From positions 1 to 5,530 of the IMG/VR virus record IMGVR_UViG_3300045988_014784: a stretch of 5,530 nucleotides of DNA; one strand, written 5' to 3'. Of the stretch, positions 1 through 5,256 are shown in pieces. The translations under genes and the position numbers were made by a program. Each line of letters begins with the position of its first letter. Position 1 is the first letter of the stretch. The stretch comes from a virus. The notes below the pieces were generated by a model. The model saw only the letters and a program-made list of their open reading frames with translations, ran no database searches and was not told the DNA's origin.

Positions 1-55
1 ACCTCCTTTGTTTGTTTGTCAATTACCTTCCTCTGCCGCTTCCGCTGCCTGAGAA
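1..55. repeat. Terminal direct repeat, copy 1 (identical to 5476..5530); circular-contig assembly overlap
   Basis: acctcctttgtttgtttgtcaattaccttcctctgccgcttccgctgcctgagaa occurs at both ends of the window, verified base by base. Confidence 0.95.
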
Positions 56-994
56 TTTGCCTTTTCCGCCCTGGTTCCATTTGTTCTTCAGGTTGGCTAT
101 TGCTTTGTCGGCTTCGATGCCTATTCTCGGCGCTGTTGCTGTTTCTTCCGAGGATTTGTTGTTATAGGTGTTGTTTGTGGTTTGAGCGATGCTGCCAACT
201 GTTTTTGCGCTGCTTGACCCGATATTCTGCATGATACTCTGCATGTATCCGGCTTCTTCCCAGTTTTTCGTTTCTTTTGCCGTGTTGATTGCCTGCATGG
301 CGTTCTGTAGGAACTGTGCTGTGTTGTTCCCGTAATCATACATCGCTTGCATGGTGGCTGTGTGTGCTGCCGGTATGGCTGATGCCTGAGCATGGCTAAA
401 GGTTGCGTTACCGACTGCTGCCTGTCCTCCGCTGCCGCTGCTTGCTCCAAACCCGTTGTAAGCTGCCAGTGCAGGGTTCAGACCTGCTTTTTTCAGGTCT
501 TCTACTCCTCGTTGGTAGGCTGTGCTGGACATCATCTGTTGCCAGTCTCTGTTTTTCTGGCTTTCTTCTCGGTTAAAGGCCATTGCCGAGGCCTGGCTTT
601 GTGCTGTCAGCTCGTTCGCCCTGGCGTTTGACCATAGGTTCATCAGGTTGCCTAGCGCCCATTGTCCGCTCTGGAGGTTGTTTGCCGTGGTTGCCTGTCC
701 GGCGTTGAAGTTTGCCGCTGTCTGGCTGTTGTTTCCTGTGATGCCTGTCATGGCCTTTCCCAGGATATCTGCGATTCCAGATGTGTTACCCTGTGTTACC
801 TGTGCGCCTTGGGATCCTGTTGCCTGGCTCATGTTTCCGCTCATGCTGGTATTCCCAACTTGTTGGTTCATGGTGTTCTGATTCATTGCGCTGCTGTTCG
901 AGCCCTGGCTGTTGATAAAGCTGCTTGCAATGTTTCCCAGACTTCCTATCACGCTTGGCAGCAGTTGCAATGCGATTGCTCCCCATCCTCCCAT
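23..994 (-). CDS. VP2: VP2-type minor capsid / DNA pilot protein (323 aa)
   Basis: ORF lies directly downstream of the major capsid gene, with an 11-nt gap containing GGAGG 6 nt before the ATG. Hydrophobic N-terminus (MGGWGAIALQLLPSVIGSLGNIA) followed by a long N/Q/S/G/A/T-rich low-complexity body and a Gly-rich basic tail (GGKGKFSGSGSGRGR). Size, position and composition fit gokushovirus VP2. Stop TAA at 25..23. Confidence 0.85.
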   Translation of the reverse strand: MGGWGAIALQLLPSVIGSLGNIASSFINSQGSNSSAMNQNTMNQQVGNTSMSGNMSQATGSQGAQVTQGNTSGIADILGKAMTGITGNNSQTAANFNAGQATTANNLQSGQWALGNLMNLWSNARANELTAQSQASAMAFNREESQKNRDWQQMMSSTAYQRGVEDLKKAGLNPALAAYNGFGASSGSGGQAAVGNATFSHAQASAIPAAHTATMQAMYDYGNNTAQFLQNAMQAINTAKETKNWEEAGYMQSIMQNIGSSSAKTVGSIAQTTNNTYNNKSSEETATAPRIGIEADKAIANLKNKWNQGGKGKFSGSGSGRGR

Positions 995-1005
995 TGTGCA
1001 CCTCC

Positions 1006-2652
1006 TTAGATCGTATTAAGGCCCGGCACGCTGTAGATCGGCATGGGCCGTGTCCAGGTTTGATCAAAGTAAAAGTTGCAGATGAACTGATAGCTGTGAT
1101 TGGTGTCTTCAACTGCCAATGTTCTGGCGATGTTTTCTGTCCCTTCTTTGATCCAGTCGCTCGACAATCTCGGAAGTTCTGTGTAGTGATCTGCGTAGTG
1201 CCAGGCATCCAGGCTTTGTGCGTATGTGCTGCGCATTTCGGACGTTATCATGTTTGTGCGGTACCTGTAATCTGCCCAGGCTTCCTGGTAACCGAATACC
1301 TCTTCGTCCTTTTCGGTTCCCTGTGCATAGATTTCTTGGTTTAATACTGGCTGTTCTCCCAGGTTTGCAAGCATCGGGTCATAGTAGCTGAATCGTGTGC
1401 TTCTCGTCCACATCCGGCTTAATCCCTGCTGATAGCTGTGTTCCACTCGCACGCAGCACAGGCCCAGGACATAACCGTGCTCGGTTGCGCTGTAGGTGCA
1501 CATGTGTTTGGACATGGTTGTCATACTGTATGCTGCTGTGTTGCCCTGCGGGCTGATCTGGCTGCTGCTGCTCGTTTGAATGACCTGGTTGATGTTGATC
1601 GGCATTCTGTATCCGCCGATGTATTCGCTTCGGTCAAGTCGTGCATCTGGTGAGGTTACACCCCAGGCTCCTTTCAGGATCTCTTTGTACCTGGTTCCGG
1701 TTCTCGCATCGCGTTCCAGGATATGCTGCACTGCGATGGAGTTTCGGAGTTCGTTGATGCTGATTCCTGATACTGCGGTAAGGTCTGCTTGCAGGTTGCC
1801 GGTTGATGTTTTAAGCGCATTGCCGCTGGGGTCGCTGTATCCTGTGATTTTCGTTGCAATTGCGTTTGGATCATTTAAATCGTTTGAGATTGTTGATGTT
1901 GCTAGAGAGTCTGTTGTGTCCAGATAAATTACTTTATCTGTTTTTTCTCCGTTATAGGTTAGCCATACTGGTGCTAGCCCTGCTAGGCCGATTTCTACGC
2001 CCTGGCCTTTCTGTGGCTGCGGTAGACTGCTGGTGAAATAGTCTTTGTGTTTGCAGACTTTGAGAAGTTTTCCGCCTACTGCTGCTGAGTTTATTCCTTC
2101 TCCTATGTCATCATCTTTTATGTGGTTGATCGTTTTATCTTCTGTTATTACCCCTTTTGGCTGTTGCAAGTTTTCGTCTCGGAACCACTCGTTCCATATC
2201 TTCGCATATGCATTAAAAGGCATTCTGTTTATTTCCAGGCCCGGCACTTCTGTTGGGATTCCCATGTGATCCGCGATGGTTCCCACTTTCCATCCTTCTC
2301 CGCTTGTATCTTTTACTTTGGGTGTCGTGTATTCTACTTTTTCTGCCCAGTAGCTTGAATCGTTCTGGCCCATCATGTTTACGAAGTGATCCCAGAGCAG
2401 CCGACATGGCACGAAGAAGAAGAAAATATCCATGTTACAGTTATCCATAACAGGATAGAGTGGAGTGGCCATGCGTACCAGTCCGTTCACATCGATCTTG
2501 AAAGTATCGCCAGGTAATACCTCGTCCACGTAGATCGGTACCAGTTCGCCCTCGTTGATTGTGGTCAGCAGTGAAAAATCTCTTTTGAAGCGGCTTCGCC
2601 GGATTTCTGCGTGCGGTACTTGGCTGTAGTGCTGTTCAGAGTTTCTGTTCAT
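1006..2652 (-). CDS. VP1: Major capsid protein VP1 (Microviridae F-protein family, 548 aa)
   Basis: N-terminal signature RSRFKRDFSLLTTINEGELVPIYVDEVLPGDTF. Further signatures KHKDYFTSSLPQPQKG, INELRNSIAVQHILERDARTGTRYKEILKGAWGV and DARLDRSEYIGG are all typical of gokushovirus VP1. GGAGG sits 8 nt upstream of the ATG, inside the VP3 C-terminal codons. Confidence 0.97.
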   Translation of the reverse strand: MNRNSEQHYSQVPHAEIRRSRFKRDFSLLTTINEGELVPIYVDEVLPGDTFKIDVNGLVRMATPLYPVMDNCNMDIFFFFVPCRLLWDHFVNMMGQNDSSYWAEKVEYTTPKVKDTSGEGWKVGTIADHMGIPTEVPGLEINRMPFNAYAKIWNEWFRDENLQQPKGVITEDKTINHIKDDDIGEGINSAAVGGKLLKVCKHKDYFTSSLPQPQKGQGVEIGLAGLAPVWLTYNGEKTDKVIYLDTTDSLATSTISNDLNDPNAIATKITGYSDPSGNALKTSTGNLQADLTAVSGISINELRNSIAVQHILERDARTGTRYKEILKGAWGVTSPDARLDRSEYIGGYRMPININQVIQTSSSSQISPQGNTAAYSMTTMSKHMCTYSATEHGYVLGLCCVRVEHSYQQGLSRMWTRSTRFSYYDPMLANLGEQPVLNQEIYAQGTEKDEEVFGYQEAWADYRYRTNMITSEMRSTYAQSLDAWHYADHYTELPRLSSDWIKEGTENIARTLAVEDTNHSYQFICNFYFDQTWTRPMPIYSVPGLNTI

Positions 2653-2655
2653 GCT

Positions 2656-3138
2656 TTATTCCTCCTTTTTTGTTGATTCTGCTGTGTCTGGTTGTGCTGC
2701 AGCAGCGTTCTGATTCGGCATAATGCCCATATTTTTAAGCCATTCCGGATCTCCTGCGGTTGCTGCCCAGTTATCAAAGTTGTTGTTGAACCTGTTTCGG
2801 ATTTCTAGCGGCAGTGCCTCGAACTTTTCTTTCTGTTCGTTCATCATGTTCCGCCATTCGATGTAGTTTGCAGGCAGTTTGCTGGTGTCGATGTACCAGC
2901 CAGGATTCGCCATGACGGTTGTGTCACCTGCTGCATATCTTGCCAGGATGCTCATGGGGTCAACTTCGTCACGGTAGCTCTGGATTTTTTCATACGTGTT
3001 GACCTCTCCGACCTGCTCAAGGTAGGGATTTCCGTTTTCATCGTACCGCTCTTTGTATTGCGGTTCCATAATATTTCCCGGCTCGTTTGGCTTCCTTTTC
3101 GGTTTTTCATCTTCATAAGGCGTAAAGATTTTAACCAT
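2656..3138 (-). CDS. VP3: Internal scaffolding protein VP3 (160 aa)
   Basis: Size, position directly upstream of VP1, and the C-terminal pattern FEALPLEIRNRFNNNFDNWAATAGDPEWLKNMGI match the conserved gokushovirus VP3 motif (F..LP..iR..F.N.p..f..f..d......lG). GGAGG 9 nt upstream. The ATG overlaps the upstream gene by 8 nt (ATGGTTAA). Confidence 0.85.
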   Translation of the reverse strand: MVKIFTPYEDEKPKRKPNEPGNIMEPQYKERYDENGNPYLEQVGEVNTYEKIQSYRDEVDPMSILARYAAGDTTVMANPGWYIDTSKLPANYIEWRNMMNEQKEKFEALPLEIRNRFNNNFDNWAATAGDPEWLKNMGIMPNQNAAAAQPDTAESTKKEE

Positions 3139-3388
3139 CCTTTTTTTCCTCCATGGTTTTCTTGACCTGCTCGATGTTCCATTCCAGTTCCGGCATGATC
3201 GGCGTGATCAGGCCGGTTTCGGTGTCGTACTGCCCCAGATGATAGACCCGTTTATCCTCGCAGTCGCTTTTTTCCATCTCCTGGGTCATCCATTTGAAGG
3301 TGCGTTCCTTGACGATTGGATTGATTACCATGATGTTTCCGAAGGTTCCTGCCAGTTCATCCTTGATTGCATAAAGTTCAAAAGTCAT
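3131..3388 (-). CDS. VP5: VP5-like small nonstructural protein (85 aa; presumed analogue of phiX174 protein C in ssDNA synthesis/packaging)
   Basis: MTFELYAIKDELAGTFGNIMV...RTF...YHLGQYDTETGLI fits the gokushovirus VP5 pattern as I recall it (N-terminal Y.v.D......F; central R.F; LG.fD..TG.i). GGAGG 9 nt upstream. 11-nt overlap with the upstream ORF and 8-nt overlap with VP3. Confidence 0.65.
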   Translation of the reverse strand: MTFELYAIKDELAGTFGNIMVINPIVKERTFKWMTQEMEKSDCEDKRVYHLGQYDTETGLITPIMPELEWNIEQVKKTMEEKKDG

Positions 3389-3578
3389 TGTTGCTATCCT
3401 CCATAATTTCGTTGATGATATCGTTTTTGTGATATCTCATCCCATATTCGATTGCTTTTCGTGTCGCTGCCGGCACGCTGCATCCCAGATCTTCTGCCAG
3501 ATCATCAATTTCGGCTGCTGTGTCGTACCTCAGTCTGACTGTCAGTGTGCAGCATGCCATGTTCTTGATTTTCTTCAC
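3378..3578 (-). CDS. Ribbon-helix-helix (CopG/Arc/MetJ-like) putative DNA-binding protein, 66 aa, GTG start
   Basis: CTLTVRLRYD (beta strand), TAAEIDDLAEDLG (helix A), the G-x-S turn, then SVPAATRKAIEYGMRY (helix B) is a textbook RHH pattern. The GTG start at 3578 has GGGGAGGAA 7 nt upstream and forms a GTGA overlap with the stop of the preceding 39-aa gene. An alternative ATG at 3560 lacks an SD. Confidence 0.7.
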   Translation of the reverse strand: MKKIKNMACCTLTVRLRYDTAAEIDDLAEDLGCSVPAATRKAIEYGMRYHKNDIINEIMEDSNNDF

Positions 3579-3694
3579 AGTCGGATTCCTCCCCGGCTCG
3601 GTTTCGGGTTGACGTTGATTTTTTTGGTCTTTTTTGCTGTGTTGGTGAACACCTTCTTGTCGGTTTTCGGTTTAACAGTGCTGCGGTATGCCAT
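3575..3694 (-). CDS. Small basic DNA-binding protein (39 aa; ORF8 / J-like), not in the supplied ORF track
   Basis: My translation is MAYRSTVKPKTDKKVFTNTAKKTKKINVNPKPSRGGIRL. It is highly basic and has the C-terminal RGGIR(L/F) motif seen in gokushovirus ORF8-type proteins. AAGGAGGA sits 6 nt upstream of the ATG. The start overlaps the upstream stop (TAATG) and the stop overlaps the downstream GTG (GTGA). Confidence 0.75.
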   Translation of the reverse strand: MAYRSTVKPKTDKKVFTNTAKKTKKINVNPKPSRGGIRL

Positions 3695-3801
3695 TACTCT
3701 TCCTCCTTATCGAGTTCCAGTGTGTGGTAGATCTTATCCAGCATGTGCAGGATTTTTTTGAGATGTCTGAAAATCGCGTTGATGTCTTGCAAAGTTACCA
3801 A
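3694..3801 (-). CDS. Hypothetical 35-aa peptide, TTG start (predicted amphipathic helix, acidic tail)
   Basis: AAGGAGG (3817..3811) lies 9 nt upstream of TTG at 3801. There is no in-frame ATG upstream (in-frame TAG further up). Translation MVTLQDINAIFRHLKKILHMLDKIYHTLELDKEEE. The TAA stop shares its last A with the ATG of the next gene, which is a translational-coupling geometry. No homology recognised. Confidence 0.35.
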   Translation of the reverse strand: MVTLQDINAIFRHLKKILHMLDKIYHTLELDKEEE

Positions 3802-3840
3802 TGTTTTTAACCTCCTTTCGGTATTTTTGTTTACAGTTCC

Positions 3841-3868
3841 ATTCTATCAAAAAAAAAAAAAAAAACAA
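3841..3868 (-). promoter_or_regulatory. Candidate late promoter: TTGTTT (-35-like) - N16 - TGATAGAAT (extended -10), overlapping the terminator T-tract
   Basis: The minus strand reads CCACCTTG-T17(last T shared)-GATAGAATGG. TGnTAGAAT matches the extended -10 consensus at TG plus 5/6 positions, and the T-tract could act as an UP-like element. It lies about 25 nt upstream of the first late-gene SD. Only sequence logic supports this call. Confidence 0.35.
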
Positions 3869-3889
3869 GGTGGAATTTTGTCCACCTTG
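3849..3889 (-). terminator. Rho-independent terminator downstream of Rep: 9-bp perfect stem, 6-nt loop, 17-T tail
   Basis: Minus strand: CAAGGTGGA-CAAAAT-TCCACCTTG followed immediately by 17 T. On the plus strand these are caaggtgga 3866..3874, the loop 3875..3880, tccaccttg 3881..3889 and A17 at 3849..3865. Confidence 0.8.
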
Positions 3890-3907
3890 CTGATTTTATG
3901 GTTGTTG

Positions 3908-3949
3908 GCTGTCCGGTCGGCCGTGGTCGGCCGACGATTAGAGGACAGC
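3908..3949 (-). repeat. Compound GC-rich stem-loop in the Rep-distal noncoding region (outer 7-bp stem plus inner 8-bp stem with tetraloop)
   Basis: Outer stem pairs gctgtcc 3908..3914 with ggacagc 3943..3949. Inner stem pairs gtcggccg 3916..3923 with cggccgac 3928..3935, with loop tggt. The element contains a GTCGGCCG direct repeat and the 10-bp perfect palindrome gtcggccgac (3926..3935). No ORF is possible here. Confidence 0.85.
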
Positions 3950-4012
3950 GCAGCGTATAGGTTAGATTCTGGTTGGTGCTCTTATTGGCCGTTCTCGTTG
4001 TTTGTAGATGGC

Positions 4013-5116
4013 TCAGACTTCTGTGCGTATGAGTTTGCTCATTCGTTCTTGCATTTTTTTGTCTTTCAGGTTATAATAGTCCTGCATGGTCAGGCCGGTT
4101 TGCTTGAGCTGAGCAAAGAGAGCGTCGTTTGCGATTCTTCGGCGTTCTCGTTTGATTGCTTTCAGTTCTTCAGATTCGGCTTTTTCTGTTATATCTTCGA
4201 TTTTTTGAACTTCTTCATCTGTCAGTGGCTTTGCTCCATGGTCGATGTCGAACAGCTTGTCAAAATATCTTGGCGGTTTACAGATTTTTCCGTTCTTCAG
4301 CTGTATCTGATCTTTTTCGTAGATTTCTGCTGCATGGTCATAGTAGTATTGTGCACCGATTGCCGGTTTTTTGCTCATAAGGCATTGTTCCGGCATAATG
4401 CCTAATTCTTCATAAAATTTTTTGCCGTCCTTTCCGTAAATCTTTTTTGTTGTGTACCTTGCTGTGTATGCCATAGATCGCCATTCTGCTGGTGCTAGGA
4501 TGACGTGTCCCATGCCCCAGATTTTTTCTAGCCATTCGCAGTTATAGTATGTGAATCCTCTTTCTTTCTTGTAAACTTTTAAATCTTCCTGTTTTATTGG
4601 TAGATCGTAGACAATTGCGTGATAGTGTGGTCTGTGTGTCTGGCTGCCGTATTCGCCAGCTTGGAAATACATCAGCTTGCCTTTTCCTTTTTCGTGGTAT
4701 TCTATGTGCCTTCTGAGACGTTTCCAGAATTTTTGCATGTCCTCATAGCACAGACTGAGGTTTTCTGTTATTACTTCGCCTGTCAGTGTGTCCCATGTCG
4801 CTTTATATGGGACATTTTCGTTATTATAGGTGATTGTTAGGAACCATGCGTTTTTATGGTATGGCAGCTCCATTTCCATCCGGTTCGCCCAGGACGCAGC
4901 GTTTGCCATTTTGCATCCAGGACAGTGCCCGCATGGTAGCAGCTGAGCATTCTGTTCTTTGAGTAGTTTTTTAATTCGCTGTTCGTTCCACTTCTGCTGT
5001 TTTTGATCTGCGTCAAACTCTAGCTTTTCGCCTGTTTTTGACAAGTATGCCTTCAGGCTGACCACTCTTTCTTGTCTGTTGATGACGGTTCTAACCAATG
5101 GCCTCGTACATGGCAT
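4013..5116 (-). CDS. VP4: Replication initiation protein VP4 (HUH rolling-circle endonuclease, phiX174 gene A family), 367 aa from the preferred start
   Basis: RCR motif 1 FLTITY. Motif 2 RPHYHAIVY (HUH). Motif 3 AYTARYTTKK, two Tyr spaced as in phiX174 A (Y-x-x-x-Y-x-x-K). Cys cluster PCGHCPGC and the MSKKPAIG motif are also present. The preferred start is ATG at 5116 (MPCTRPLV..., the common M-x-C-x-x-P Rep N-terminus), with GGAAGGAGG 12 nt upstream. The track ORF runs 24 codons further up to 5188, through a 16-bp hairpin and without an SD. Confidence 0.93.
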   Translation of the reverse strand: MPCTRPLVRTVINRQERVVSLKAYLSKTGEKLEFDADQKQQKWNEQRIKKLLKEQNAQLLPCGHCPGCKMANAASWANRMEMELPYHKNAWFLTITYNNENVPYKATWDTLTGEVITENLSLCYEDMQKFWKRLRRHIEYHEKGKGKLMYFQAGEYGSQTHRPHYHAIVYDLPIKQEDLKVYKKERGFTYYNCEWLEKIWGMGHVILAPAEWRSMAYTARYTTKKIYGKDGKKFYEELGIMPEQCLMSKKPAIGAQYYYDHAAEIYEKDQIQLKNGKICKPPRYFDKLFDIDHGAKPLTDEEVQKIEDITEKAESEELKAIKRERRRIANDALFAQLKQTGLTMQDYYNLKDKKMQERMSKLIRTEV

Positions 5117-5140
5117 AGATGTTTCATGCCTCCTTCCCTG

Positions 5141-5181
5141 AATGGGCCCCAATAACCTTCTTGATGTTATTGGGGCCCATT
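5141..5181. repeat. Perfect 16-bp inverted repeat with 9-nt spacer, immediately upstream of the Rep SD
   Basis: aatgggccccaataac (5141..5156), cttcttgat (5157..5165), gttattggggcccatt (5166..5181). The arms are exact reverse complements. There is no T-run after it on the minus strand, so it is not a canonical terminator. Confidence 0.95.
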
Positions 5182-5256
5182 GACACAATTTTTAGATGCT
5201 GCTTGCTTCTCGTTATGGATAAATGTTGCTTCCCTGAGTGAGGCGGTAGCCGTAAC

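Noticed and set aside
1-55. The terminal repeat as a biological DTR/ITR or attachment site
   Set aside because: Microviridae genomes are covalently closed circles. The repeat is exact and direct, has a k-mer-like length, and interrupts nothing once circularised. It is an assembly overlap.
121-1208. Same-strand nested ORFs 121..450 (109 aa) and 786..1208 (140 aa), considered as overlapping (E-like) lysis genes
   Set aside because: They are alternative frames of VP2 and VP1. Their composition is hydrophilic (R/Q/K/T/P-rich) with no transmembrane stretch, and they have no SD upstream. 786..1208 would also have to span the VP1/VP2 junction.
2952-3182. 76-aa basic same-strand ORF overlapping the VP5-like/VP3 junction
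   Set aside because: Only a weak GGA lies upstream. The composition (K/R/S/T-rich) is typical of an A-rich off-frame, and it has no recognisable motif. The same applies to 1674..1874 and 2213..2407 inside VP1.
3131-3578. RHH (66 aa) plus overlapping 85-aa ORF read as a type II toxin-antitoxin pair
   Set aside because: The gene sizes and overlap fit, but the 85-aa protein is acidic and matches the gokushovirus VP5 pattern (LGQYDTETGLI). It does not resemble RelE/ParE/MazF-like toxins, and I saw no toxin catalytic motifs.
3849-3865. The A17 tract as a poly(A) tail, chimeric join or vector artefact
   Set aside because: It is flanked on both sides by unique phage sequence, and on the coding strand it sits exactly where the U-tract of a hairpin terminator belongs. 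Only its exact length is in doubt.
3982-3990. TTATTGG..CC motif shared between the post-Rep noncoding region (ttattggcc) and the palindrome arms (ttattggggcc, 5167..5177)
   Set aside because: The shared core is only 7-9 nt and contains an indel, which is well within chance expectation for this genome size. It is noted only as something to revisit if Rep or RHH binding sites are mapped.
3743-4405. 220-aa plus-strand ORF, the longest plus-strand ORF in the track
   Set aside because: It runs antisense to the Rep 3' end and straight through the noncoding region. Its KKKKKQGG segment is simply the A17 tract. Its F/L/C/V-rich composition reflects the T-rich antisense strand. It has no SD, and microviruses express one strand only. 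It is a shadow ORF.
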